From a virus (taxonomy: Duplodnaviria; Heunggongvirae; Uroviricota; Caudoviricetes), in IMG/VR virus record IMGVR_UViG_3300045988_118832: a DNA stretch of 34,983 nt. The stretch is one strand, 5' to 3'. Positions 18,579 through 26,814 of the stretch are shown here, in pieces. The position numbers and the translations under genes were made by a program. The first letter of the stretch is position 1, and each line of letters starts with the position of its first letter. Under the pieces are notes generated by a model. It worked only from the letters and a program-made list of their open reading frames with translations, did no database searches and was not told the DNA's origin.

Positions 18579-20212
18579 CCTCCTGAACCAAAACGCCCGC
18601 CACGGTCACGCCCGGTGCTGCGTGGGGTGTGTATCTGAAATTTTGCGCTGCGCGATACCGCCAGCGTCCACAGCATGTGCAGACAGTCCGGGCCATCATC
18701 GTGGTCGGCTTTGGGGTAGTGGCGCAGCTGGTCAATCAGCGTCTGATGTGTGTGGCTGATACGAATCAGGCCGTTGGCCATATGCGGCTGAAGGGATTCG
18801 ATACGCAGCGCTTTATCCTCCAGCGGGATGACCGGCAGCGCCGGAACCGGCACACCCAGCGCCGCCGAACGCTCAACCAGCACGGTACGCAGAAACTCCT
18901 GAAACTGAACGGACTCAAACGACCAGCACAGGCAGTGATATTCCCGCTGATACTTAATCACGTCTTCGATAAGTTTATCTGGCAGACGCCGGCGGATATC
19001 GGCTTCAACCACATCCAGTATGCCGGTAAAACGGTTAAAGCCCCCCACGAGAATGGCCGACGGGTCGCGGTTTTTATTCTTCTTCCCGAGACTGGGGTCA
19101 ACAGCGCCGTAGAACACCCATTCATCAAGACGGTTAACCCAGAACTTAATGCAGCCCGCAAACAGCGCATCTTCACCGCTGACCGGGTCGTTCTGGTATT
19201 CAGAATCAAAGGTGTCGTGACCGTCACGGACACGGATTTTCATCAGCGCCAGCAGGGGACGCGCCGCCCATGACACCACCGACCCGGCGAGCATGTCGGC
19301 TTCGTTCTGCCGGTAAAGTGCCTCCGCTGCTTCCGGCTGTTTGTTGCGGATGAGTTCTTCCCACTCGTCCCACAGCTTCATGTTGGCAGGCCACTGAATA
19401 ACGGCCTTAAAGCGGGCCGTTTTCCACATCGGATTATTCAGCGTGCGCGACAGTACGGAGTCGTAATGCAGGATGGTTCCGATATAAATAATATCGGTTT
19501 TACCGCCAGCCTCGCCCAGCGGCATCACGGTTTTGGTGAGCCAGTCATGCAGCTTGTCGCGCTGCTCCGGGTTACGCACCATCTCGTCGTTCTCGATATC
19601 GTCGAGGATAACCAGGTCAGGACGGTACGGGCCGTGGCGCAGACCACGCAGTTTTTTACCACTACCGGCAACGGTCACCTTGATATTGTTGGCCGTGACG
19701 ATGGTCCCCATACGCCAGACGCGACCCTGCCCGCACACTTCCGGGAAATCGTTTTTTAAACGGGGGTTAAACTCCAGTTCAGCCTTGATGGCTTCCAGCA
19801 TCGGATAAGCCTGGTCGATACTGTCCATAATGATGACCGGGTAATGCTTAATGGCCCGGATAATGGTCCACAGGGTAAACAGCTGAGTCACCAGCGTGGA
19901 TTTTGCTTCACCACGGGGCGCGGCGATGGCGTCGTTCTCCGGGTCCGGGCTTGCCACAACCTGTGGCAGACGGCTGAACAGGTATTTATGCAGCTCACTT
20001 TTTGCCGGGTTGCGGACGTAGTGCGGGAAATAATTTTCGACAAAATAATCGTAGCCCGTCACCGGGTCGCAGACTGCCGCCCGGCGGGCCTGTGTGGCCT
20101 GCGGGTTAACATCGAACCCCAGACATTCAGCCTCGATGGTCTGGCGGAGGTTGGCGATGTACTCCTGCAGGCTTCTCTGAAACTCTTTAATGGAAAGTTT
20201 ACGTTTTGCCAC
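18572..20212 (-). CDS. Terminase large subunit (Mu gp28-like)
   Basis: ORF track starts at a TTG (20269) with no SD, inside the methyltransferase gene. A GTG at 20212-20210, 2 nt after the methyltransferase stop and preceded by AGGTG, is the more plausible start. Confidence 0.75.
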   Translation of the reverse strand: MAKRKLSIKEFQRSLQEYIANLRQTIEAECLGFDVNPQATQARRAAVCDPVTGYDYFVENYFPHYVRNPAKSELHKYLFSRLPQVVASPDPENDAIAAPRGEAKSTLVTQLFTLWTIIRAIKHYPVIIMDSIDQAYPMLEAIKAELEFNPRLKNDFPEVCGQGRVWRMGTIVTANNIKVTVAGSGKKLRGLRHGPYRPDLVILDDIENDEMVRNPEQRDKLHDWLTKTVMPLGEAGGKTDIIYIGTILHYDSVLSRTLNNPMWKTARFKAVIQWPANMKLWDEWEELIRNKQPEAAEALYRQNEADMLAGSVVSWAARPLLALMKIRVRDGHDTFDSEYQNDPVSGEDALFAGCIKFWVNRLDEWVFYGAVDPSLGKKNKNRDPSAILVGGFNRFTGILDVVEADIRRRLPDKLIEDVIKYQREYHCLCWSFESVQFQEFLRTVLVERSAALGVPVPALPVIPLEDKALRIESLQPHMANGLIRISHTHQTLIDQLRHYPKADHDDGPDCLHMLWTLAVSRSAKFQIHTPRSTGRDRGGRFGSGGW

Positions 20213-20213
20213 G

Positions 20214-20954
20214 TCACACCTGCACTGCTTCTGTCTGGGCTTTTTCGATTCGTGCGCAGGCGATATCAAAATACTGGTTAGTCATTTCAATGCCGGTAAA
20301 CCGTCCGCCACGGGCAAGTACAGGGATGGCGGTAGTGCCGCTTCCCATAAACGGATCAAGGACGTGCGCATCCGGTGTCAGCGGTTTAACCAGCTCAGCC
20401 ATCAGCTGAACCGGCTTTGCGGTCATGTGCAGTTTTTCGGACGGGACGACACGCTGCGTAATCACACCCGGGAACGGGCCACCGTGCGGGCATTTGTCGA
20501 GTTTTCCGTTGCTGCCCCAGACCACATACTCGGCCTGATGCCGAAAATAGCCAGTGTGTGGCGCACGGGAAGCCTGCGTTTTATCCCAGACAACCAGACC
20601 ACGCCACAGCACACCACCGGCCTGAAATGCATCTGTAAGCGCCGGTAGTTGTCGCCAGTCACTGAACACCATGAAATAACCGCCGGAATTCAGCCTGTGC
20701 AATGCATGAGATATCCACATGGAACACCAGAACGCCCAGCTGCGCTGGTCGCGGTTATCGCCGGTGAACTCGGCATACTGGGTGTGACCGATATACTTGT
20801 CCGAAGGGGCCATGCTGCGGTCTGATTTGTGTGTACCACCACTGCTGTAAGGCGGGTCGGTAATGACGGCATCAAAACGTTCGGATAACGCCGGCAGCAC
20901 ATCAAGAACATCACCGCAATACAACGTTGCGTTACCAATAATCTGTTTTTGCAT
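20214..20954 (-). CDS. DNA methyltransferase (N6-adenine/N4-cytosine type, DPPY motif)
   Basis: 246 aa; motif AVITDPPYSSGG plus FMGSGTT-type AdoMet motif. No adjacent restriction endonuclease gene seen. Confidence 0.8.
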   Translation of the reverse strand: MQKQIIGNATLYCGDVLDVLPALSERFDAVITDPPYSSGGTHKSDRSMAPSDKYIGHTQYAEFTGDNRDQRSWAFWCSMWISHALHRLNSGGYFMVFSDWRQLPALTDAFQAGGVLWRGLVVWDKTQASRAPHTGYFRHQAEYVVWGSNGKLDKCPHGGPFPGVITQRVVPSEKLHMTAKPVQLMAELVKPLTPDAHVLDPFMGSGTTAIPVLARGGRFTGIEMTNQYFDIACARIEKAQTEAVQV

Positions 20955-21000
20955 TACAAATCCCGAATATCAGACGACCCGGAAAACCGGGCCGCTGTGG

Positions 21001-21501
21001 TTAACTGAAATTATCCTCAAGCTCTTTAGCGAAGCCTTCGAGCACCTCAAGAAACGGGGCATACTGCGTCGGGTGACGCTCCTTGATGAACGCGCCGAGC
21101 CGCTGCACCACTTCCAGTGCCGTGGCGAGTCGGTCGGTTTCCGGCAGGATTTTTTTACTGCTGGCCACCGCCTTACTGAGACTGTCGGACAGACTCGCCA
21201 GCAGTTCGACGGACTCCTGCGGCGGGATGTCCGGGTTCTGGTTCAGCCGTTCAAGCGTCGTCTGACACTTCACCACCAGACTGATAAGCACGGTGCGGGC
21301 GACACTTTCCAGCCCGTCACCGGCGAGCGCGTGCGCGGCCCGCAGCTTGTCCCAGTCGTCGCCGTTCTTCATCGCCTGCGTTTTCCAGCGCCGCGCGGTG
21401 TCGTGCGGCACGGCGTACTTCATGGCGACGATATCCAGCGGAAGCTGGTCAAAGATGTACCCGTTACGGACTTTGTCCCTGATATCCTGTGACCACGCCA
21501 T
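21001..21501 (-). CDS. Mu gp27-like protein, putative small terminase subunit
   Basis: 166 aa ORF upstream of the terminase large subunit region. Confidence 0.5.
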   Translation of the reverse strand: MAWSQDIRDKVRNGYIFDQLPLDIVAMKYAVPHDTARRWKTQAMKNGDDWDKLRAAHALAGDGLESVARTVLISLVVKCQTTLERLNQNPDIPPQESVELLASLSDSLSKAVASSKKILPETDRLATALEVVQRLGAFIKERHPTQYAPFLEVLEGFAKELEDNFS

Positions 21502-21707
21502 TAAGTGTCCTTCTGAGCCTGTTCAATCCTGCGCTGAACTTCGTCGGGATTTTCAAGAACAAATACGTTTTTCCCGGTATCCAGTTCAATGACCGTGCCA
21601 TCATGTGTACCGTACTGACGGTAAAAATGGGTGATTCGTTCAGCGAGCACCATGACAGCGCCAGCACCTCCTGAACCTGTGTATTCTGTAAATCTGATAA
21701 TGCTCAC
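21501..21707 (-). CDS. Hypothetical protein (68 aa)
   Basis: Start overlaps the stop of the upstream gene; no recognisable motif. Confidence 0.4.
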   Translation of the reverse strand: MSIIRFTEYTGSGGAGAVMVLAERITHFYRQYGTHDGTVIELDTGKNVFVLENPDEVQRRIEQAQKDT

Positions 21708-21727
21708 TGTGTCAGACCTTCAAAAAA

Positions 21728-21910
21728 TCAGTTCTGCGAACACTGCCGGATACCGTCAATAATCCGGCAGACCTGCGCCGCCGCGTCAAACAGCTGGCCC
21801 GCTCTGTTAATGTCTGAGCATCCCACCGGAAGCAACATCATCAGAAACAGGGCCAGAACACAGCGCGCGGCTTTACGTGGCGTTCTGTGGGGCCAGCGAC
21901 TTCTGTTCAT
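21728..21910 (-). CDS. Putative lipoprotein (possible o-spanin-like lysis component)
   Basis: 60 aa; lipobox-like LLPVGC after a hydrophobic stretch; lies just downstream of the endolysin gene. Confidence 0.4.
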   Translation of the reverse strand: MNRSRWPHRTPRKAARCVLALFLMMLLPVGCSDINRAGQLFDAAAQVCRIIDGIRQCSQN

Positions 21911-21923
21911 AACCCGTCCCGCA

Positions 21924-22301
21924 TCAGCGTTTTAACTGGAAATGAGGCCCGTCTTTCAGCGTTTTCCAGTCTCCGCCCCATTCGATGGCGACACCCAGCT
22001 CTGCGGCAGCCTGTTTAAAGGCACGGGCGATTTTTTCGTATAACGGCCAGTCCCATGAAATAGTGCTACCAACGTAAGCCACGACATCAACGGCATCGCC
22101 AGTAAGGTGACGGCTGTTCATGGTCTGGCTCTTGCCTTCAGCGACAAGTTGTTTCTGACGTTCTTTCGTGCGTAAACCTTCGGTAATACCAAAATCGACG
22201 TCCGACAACGCCAGCGCACGGCGTACAACTGCCACCAGTTGTGGCTTTACGTCAGCCAGATTTTTCTCGCTACGTTGACTGAAACGGAATTTTCCCGACA
22301 T
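21924..22301 (-). CDS. Endolysin, peptidase M15 family (L-alanyl-D-glutamate peptidase type)
   Basis: ATG at 22301 with GGAGGTG 5 nt upstream; translation carries SRHLTGDAVDVV and DGPHFQL, the H-x6-D ... H zinc-ligand pattern. The longer track ORF (to 22544) overlaps the upstream membrane-protein gene. Confidence 0.8.
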   Translation of the reverse strand: MSGKFRFSQRSEKNLADVKPQLVAVVRRALALSDVDFGITEGLRTKERQKQLVAEGKSQTMNSRHLTGDAVDVVAYVGSTISWDWPLYEKIARAFKQAAAELGVAIEWGGDWKTLKDGPHFQLKR

Positions 22302-22303
22302 AT

Positions 22304-22582
22304 TCACCTCCGCAATAACGAAAGGATTTTTGACAAATTCCCGTGCGCCCACACGATAAGCGCACAGAAAACCAGATTCAGCGCCACAACCAGCCAGCTG
22401 GATTGCGTGTATGTACCGGACAGCCAGCGGAACGGGATGATGACGTAGCCGAGCATCAGCCAGTACGCCAGCCAGGTAATCATCGGTTTGTGCGCCGCAC
22501 CGTGGCGGCGATACACAAACAACCCCAGAACAATGGTGAGACACAGCCAGACGTTCACGATACCGGCAAGGCTACTTTCCAT
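22304..22582 (-). CDS. Small membrane protein, holin/antiholin candidate
   Basis: ATG at 22582 with GGAGG 8 nt upstream; about three hydrophobic helices; directly precedes the endolysin. Confidence 0.55.
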   Translation of the reverse strand: MESSLAGIVNVWLCLTIVLGLFVYRRHGAAHKPMITWLAYWLMLGYVIIPFRWLSGTYTQSSWLVVALNLVFCALIVWAHGNLSKILSLLRR

Positions 22583-22964
22583 TTCCACCCCCTCCGCCGC
22601 GCAGTCTGGAAAACAGGCCGAACAGCGATGAAATTTCCTGTTGATAAAGAAAGGTCAGTATCTTGATGGATAACGCCGAGACACCGACCGCACACAATGC
22701 ATCGAGCGGCTTGTCGTTGTAGTGGGTCAGCCACTGCATCAGTGACGCAGCCACGCCAGCCCCCAGAACGCCAACCACAAATGCGACGAGCAGGTGGATG
22801 GCCATTCGCCAGACCGGGATTTCTTTCTGCTGCGTGACAACAAAAAGCGCCCCGGCAAACGCGCCCACCACAACCCCGAAATCGGTATTGGTGAGAAGAC
22901 CAAACACACTGGCACCACCAATGGTGACTGCCACAGCTCCACCGCCTGATAAGGGTTCAGACAT
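22572..22964 (-). CDS. Membrane protein, holin candidate
   Basis: ATG at 22964 with AGGAGA 5 nt upstream (MSEPLSGGG...); Gly/Ala/Val-rich multi-helix protein; first gene after the lysis-block dyad element. Confidence 0.55.
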   Translation of the reverse strand: MSEPLSGGGAVAVTIGGASVFGLLTNTDFGVVVGAFAGALFVVTQQKEIPVWRMAIHLLVAFVVGVLGAGVAASLMQWLTHYNDKPLDALCAVGVSALSIKILTFLYQQEISSLFGLFSRLRGGGGGNGK

Positions 22965-23100
22965 GAGTTTCTCCTGTAAATCTGAGCCACTGACGGCCCG
23001 TAAATAACACCCTGTCAAAGGCACAGAAGCCTTTTGCAGGGCGCTATCCCTTAAGGTGCCTTGTGGTCTGAGTGGACAGGGTAAACGGTCTGGTGTGGTG

Positions 23101-23128
23101 GGTACTGCTGGGGGTGTTCAGCACCCCC
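23101..23128 (-). promoter_or_regulatory. Dyad element GGGGGTG-TTCAG-CACCCCC, lysis block copy
   Basis: Perfect 7-bp inverted repeat around TTCAG, about 150 nt upstream of the first lysis gene, downstream of the terminator after the Mor/C-like gene. Confidence 0.5.
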
Positions 23129-23151
23129 GGCAGGTTGATTATCTGGATGGG

Positions 23152-23439
23152 TTAAAGGGAAGCGAGTTTTAATGGTGGCTTATAACATGCCCGCGCCAGC
23201 AGGTTAGCTCTTTCCACGGCATTACGCATTTCCCGTTCTGCGTCAATCATTCTGTTTACGGCTGACAGCACTTCATCATGATTCGTTACTGATTCCGGGC
23301 TTTGGGCCTGTTTCGCCAGGTAACTGGATAAATTGCACATTTCAGCATGTCGGCGACGGGCTGCATCCCGGGCCTTGTCTGAAAATGCGGTATATTCACC
23401 GAGTACTGCATAGTCGATATCGGTGTCAGAACGCATCAT
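23152..23439 (-). CDS. Hypothetical protein (95 aa)
   Basis: AGGAGA upstream of ATG; lies between the terminator after the Mor/C-like gene and the lysis-block dyad element. Confidence 0.4.
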   Translation of the reverse strand: MMRSDTDIDYAVLGEYTAFSDKARDAARRRHAEMCNLSSYLAKQAQSPESVTNHDEVLSAVNRMIDAEREMRNAVERANLLARACYKPPLKLASL

Positions 23440-23466
23440 TTCGTGTCTCCTTTTTTCTGAGGCCCA

Positions 23467-23934
23467 TTAATCAAAAAGCCCCACCTGGGTGGGGCTTTTC
23501 AGCGAAGTCTGTTTTTGTCGTCGGTGTATCAGCTGCCATGCGTACCGGTCTGAAATCCCGTAGCGGGGACAGAGCAGTGCCAGCGCCTGCCGGTGTGAGC
23601 ATCCGTCTTTTACATGCTGCTGTAAATCAGCCATAAAACGGGTGTTACGCAGGGCACGTAACGCATGATCACAACGGGGAATGTAAAACGGTGCACCGCC
23701 AAGAAAGCGGATCAGTTTGTTGATTTCGTCTTCGGTCAGCACATCATGTAACAGGGCATGGACACCGCCGGTGCGTCCGGCGTGTGCGCCGGTTTTACCG
23801 CTTAACGTCACGCCACCAAAAGAACGGATTAACCGGGTCAGGGCGGGGAAGCCAATCACGCTAATCAGTTGCTGTACGGAATCGGGCAGCAGTGCCTGCG
23901 CATCGCGAAGATCTGTTTCACTGAAGGTCTGCAT
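23467..23934 (-). CDS. Mor/C-family transcriptional activator of middle/late genes
   Basis: 155 aa; region LIRFLGGAPFYIPR ... RYGISDRYAWQLI matches the Mu Mor GG-x3-YIPR motif and C-terminal HTH. Preceded by a TATAAT about 36 nt upstream of the ATG. Confidence 0.8.
   Translation of the reverse strand: MQTFSETDLRDAQALLPDSVQQLISVIGFPALTRLIRSFGGVTLSGKTGAHAGRTGGVHALLHDVLTEDEINKLIRFLGGAPFYIPRCDHALRALRNTRFMADLQQHVKDGCSHRQALALLCPRYGISDRYAWQLIHRRQKQTSLKSPTQVGLFD
23473..23500. terminator. Bidirectional intrinsic terminator after the Mor/C-like gene
   Basis: AAAAA-AGCCCCACC-TG-GGTGGGGCT-TTTT: 9-bp GC-rich stem flanked by A- and T-runs. Confidence 0.65.
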
Positions 23935-23996
23935 GATGGCGTCTCCGGTAGTAACTTACTGTTATTATAGCCATACATGATCGCCTGTACAGACCA

Positions 23997-24023
23997 CAAA
24001 AAAGCCCCTGCAAGGCAGGGGCT
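23997..24023 (-). terminator. Intrinsic terminator ending the early operon after the GemA-like gene
   Basis: Minus strand reads AGCCCCTGC-CTT-GCAGGGGCT followed by TTTTTTGTGG; starts 7 nt after the GemA-like stop. Confidence 0.65.
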
Positions 24024-24029
24024 GATTCT

Positions 24030-24443
24030 TTATTGTTTACGTGCTGCTCTGGCTCGTTTTCTGGCGTCTTTTGTCAGCGCCACCATCACCCCGAACAGCT
24101 GATCATCTGTCAGCCATTCGATCACATGTTGCTTATACATGTGAGATGCCAGTCCTTCCGCATACGCCCAGGAACGACCGGCATCAGCCAGCAACGCCTC
24201 AATTTTGGATAATACCGATTTTCTGCTCATTGCAACACGGGGGCGGCGACCTTTACCGGCGGGCGCTTTGCGCGGAAATCCCTGTTCGTGCATGTATTCC
24301 CGGATGATGCGCAGTTCATCGAGATTGCAGCGTGTGGTGCTGGTTTTACCGGTCAGGCGGGCCAGCGTCTGACGATAAAGGGCATCATCCCACCCCAGAT
24401 ACGCCTGACCGGCTTTAATGGCTCCGATCATCTTTTTCAGCAT
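24030..24443 (-). CDS. GemA-like protein (Mu gp16 family)
   Basis: ATG at 24443 with GAGGA upstream; MLKKMIGAIKAGQAYLGWDDALYRQTLARLTGK... resembles the GemA/DUF1018 N-terminus as I recall it; followed by a terminator. Confidence 0.65.
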   Translation of the reverse strand: MLKKMIGAIKAGQAYLGWDDALYRQTLARLTGKTSTTRCNLDELRIIREYMHEQGFPRKAPAGKGRRPRVAMSRKSVLSKIEALLADAGRSWAYAEGLASHMYKQHVIEWLTDDQLFGVMVALTKDARKRARAARKQ

Positions 24444-24693
24444 GTTTGTTATCCTCAAAACGCACGGTAAAACGTGAAACACCAATCCCCGACAGGAACG
24501 CGGCGGCACGGTCAAGAGACAGCCACGTCTTGTAATCGCCACGGCGTTCCTGTAGAAAATAGGACACCCCGGCGCGGCGATTCACAGCGAAGAGGTGATA
24601 CACACCATCGAACCGCTGCACGACGAACTCATCCACGCCACCGCTTTCAGCCTGCTGCCGGAAGGCTGCCATTCCGATTTGTTCAATTTTCAT
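24415..24693 (-). CDS. Hypothetical early protein (93 aa)
   Basis: ATG at 24693 (MKIEQIGMAAF...); a perfect 10-bp inverted repeat lies immediately upstream. Confidence 0.4.
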   Translation of the reverse strand: MKIEQIGMAAFRQQAESGGVDEFVVQRFDGVYHLFAVNRRAGVSYFLQERRGDYKTWLSLDRAAAFLSGIGVSRFTVRFEDNKHAEKDDRSH

Positions 24694-24696
24694 AAT

Positions 24697-24741
24697 GACC
24701 AAAACATTACTTTTGGCAGACCAAAACACATGTTTTGGTCT
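24697..24741. promoter_or_regulatory. Operator-like site: perfect 10-bp inverted repeat AGACCAAAAC-ACAT-GTTTTGGTCT plus a third half-site
   Basis: Palindrome at 24718-24741; extra GACCAAAAC at 24697-24705 overlaps the start region of the 93-aa gene. Confidence 0.45.
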
Positions 24742-24847
24742 GCATTTGATTACCATTTAAACAACTCGCGAAATCAGGAACGTCGAGTTACGGTGATGGC
24801 TTTCATCGTGTTGTTGCTCCGTGATTCAGAAAATTCCATATCAAGCC

Positions 24848-25258
24848 TCAGTATGTGAAATAGACAGTTGCCACGCCGTTATAGTGATCAAACGACACGG
24901 CGTTTACCTCATAACTGGCCGGGAGCTTCGAGCCAAGAACGTATCCGGGCCACGTTTTCCATGGAATTTCTCTGCGCTCACTATCGCCATATACCGTACA
25001 TCCCAGTGAGCCTACAGCTTCATTAGAACGCGTGCCGCACGTTATAAATCCCAGATTTTGCTTACTGCTCTTAATGGTGATTGGGTGAACGCTGGCTGAT
25101 GCATTAGCAGCACGCTGTGCCTGTTGGTTTGCGATATTCGCAGAGTTCGCAGCAGCTACAGCAGCCGTAGTCGCGGCGGTAGAGGCTACAATAGCTGCTG
25201 AAGCATGCACTTGTTGGGTAATTGTCAGCAATGCCGCCACAAAAACCATTTTCTTCAC
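24848..25258 (-). CDS. Secreted protein with signal peptide; candidate moron
   Basis: GTG start with AAGGAGG 6 nt upstream; MKKMVFVAALLTITQQVHA signal-like N-terminus, Ala-rich linker, Cys-containing C-terminal domain. Confidence 0.55.
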   Translation of the reverse strand: MKKMVFVAALLTITQQVHASAAIVASTAATTAAVAAANSANIANQQAQRAANASASVHPITIKSSKQNLGFITCGTRSNEAVGSLGCTVYGDSERREIPWKTWPGYVLGSKLPASYEVNAVSFDHYNGVATVYFTY

Positions 25259-25270
25259 CTGGCACCTCCT

Positions 25271-25450
25271 TTACATACCGTGATTTTTCCAGCGGTTTTG
25301 GGCTGCGCTTCTGTTTCGCCAGACACCGTAAAAACGAATAGAGGACCACTCCCTAAAACCAAGATATCTATAGCGAACAACAAGCCGATTTGAGATACGG
25401 ATAAGCTGTCCGGGTTTTGCTATCAGCAGTCTTGCTTTACGGTTTTTCAT
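25271..25450 (-). CDS. Small basic protein (59 aa), hypothetical
   Basis: Not in the ORF track (<60 aa). ATG at 25450 with AGGAG 9 nt upstream; stop abuts the SD of the secreted-protein gene. Confidence 0.35.
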   Translation of the reverse strand: MKNRKARLLIAKPGQLIRISNRLVVRYRYLGFREWSSIRFYGVWRNRSAAQNRWKNHGM

Positions 25451-25454
25451 CGTT

Positions 25455-25643
25455 TCATTCTCCTGTATTTACCACTGACTCTGCACTGTCAGCCCTGCGG
25501 CGCGCCTGAAGTTCCAGCATTGCGGCCCGGAAATCCTGCCACCATACCTCATCGGCAACGGGGGTGTTCCGATCCAGCACCTTGTCCGCATCGGCAATCA
25601 GTCTGGCCAGGCTCTTATCGCTTATTCTGGTTTGCTGGTTCAC
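25455..25643 (-). CDS. Hypothetical protein (62 aa)
   Basis: Overlapping stop/start with the upstream ORF. Confidence 0.35.
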   Translation of the reverse strand: MNQQTRISDKSLARLIADADKVLDRNTPVADEVWWQDFRAAMLELQARRRADSAESVVNTGE

Positions 25644-25864
25644 TGCGCCGCCTCCTGTTTTGCCACTTTAAACGCCCGTAACATCGGGACCCTCTTACCG
25701 TAGATGACGGTTCTCATTAAAAGGCCTCCATCACTCTTATGGTGCACTTCAGGGGCCACAAACAGCGCCGCATCCACAACCCGACAATAGCGACGGAACT
25801 CCCAGAACCAGCAGGAAATAGTGATAACTGCGGTACCATTGTGTTCATAAAATTCAATATTCAT
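25640..25864 (-). CDS. Hypothetical protein (74 aa)
   Basis: Overlapping stop/start with neighbours. Confidence 0.35.
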   Translation of the reverse strand: MNIEFYEHNGTAVITISCWFWEFRRYCRVVDAALFVAPEVHHKSDGGLLMRTVIYGKRVPMLRAFKVAKQEAAQ

Positions 25865-26088
25865 TTGCAGTTAAACCTCCTTTTATGGCGTTCTACGGCG
25901 GCTTTCATGGCGTTGTGCACGGTTCTTTTAATAATCCGGCGTCCCGCACTGTCATAGAACCGCCACCGGGAAGCCCCCGGATATCCGGGGAACTCAACCG
26001 CTGCGCTACCGTCATCCATCCTGTATTCGTGGCGTTCTCCGGGCGGCTGGTATATTGCTTCGGTAACACTGAGAAGTTTAAAAGCCAT
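25861..26088 (-). CDS. Hypothetical protein (75 aa)
   Basis: Starts 3 nt after the upstream gene. Confidence 0.35.
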   Translation of the reverse strand: MAFKLLSVTEAIYQPPGERHEYRMDDGSAAVEFPGYPGASRWRFYDSAGRRIIKRTVHNAMKAAVERHKRRFNCK

Positions 26089-26090
26089 CG

Positions 26091-26801
26091 TTACACCCTC
26101 CCCAGTGCCAGCGTTTTGTTGCTCTGACCATTAACCCCCTGATGCAGTCTGGCGTTTTTCCCGGCGATAAAACCGGCTGTAGCGGCAGACTCTGCACCCC
26201 GGCACGCTTTAGCGGTGCGCATATCCCCGTCGCGCAGTCCCTTGGTGCTGTGCAGGTTCTTTCTGTAAAGCTCAAGGCGGCTTTTTTCTTCCGGGGAGAC
26301 GTCATACACCGCAATGACATCACGGGCACCAAAGACCCAGCCTTCGCAGAACTGGTCGCCACGGGCCACCCGCGTGGACGGGCCGCAACGTTTGCAGTGT
26401 TTATCCTGATATTTCTTGCGCTCTGCCATCATCTGACGGGAAAGCACATCAAACGCGTAGGCCGCGATTTCCGGGCGGCTGTCAGGACCATAAAAACGAA
26501 CGTAACGTTTGAGTGAACCAGAAGCCCGGTATTCGCCGGAGATGTAACACTCGACACCGAAGGCTTTACAGACCAGGTCACACAGGATGTGCATATAACG
26601 CGGCGGTGTACTGGCATCACTCGGCGCGCCCGCGCTGGCAGCGTCCTGAATGTCGAACAATTCCGCGTCGTTTTCGCTGATACCATGCTGGCGCATATAA
26701 GCCTGGGCTTTTGCAATAGCGTTAGCGGCTTCTTCCGGGCTTGATGTCCCTCTTGCAAGGCGTAACAGCTTTTTAATTTTGGCGATGTATTTATTTTTCA
26801 T
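26091..26801 (-). CDS. DUF2786-like protein with Cys-rich C-terminal region
   Basis: 236 aa; MKNKYIAKIKKLLRLARGTSSPEEAANAIAKAQAYM... matches the DUF2786 pattern as I recall it; C-terminal HCKRCGP...FCEGW suggests a metal-binding module. Confidence 0.55.
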   Translation of the reverse strand: MKNKYIAKIKKLLRLARGTSSPEEAANAIAKAQAYMRQHGISENDAELFDIQDAASAGAPSDASTPPRYMHILCDLVCKAFGVECYISGEYRASGSLKRYVRFYGPDSRPEIAAYAFDVLSRQMMAERKKYQDKHCKRCGPSTRVARGDQFCEGWVFGARDVIAVYDVSPEEKSRLELYRKNLHSTKGLRDGDMRTAKACRGAESAATAGFIAGKNARLHQGVNGQSNKTLALGRV

Positions 26802-26814
26802 GGTCGTCTGAACC

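Noticed and set aside
25104-25349. 81-aa minus-strand ORF overlapping the start of the secreted-protein gene
   Set aside because: Cys-rich implausible translation, no SD, and it overlaps a better-supported gene and its ribosome-binding site.
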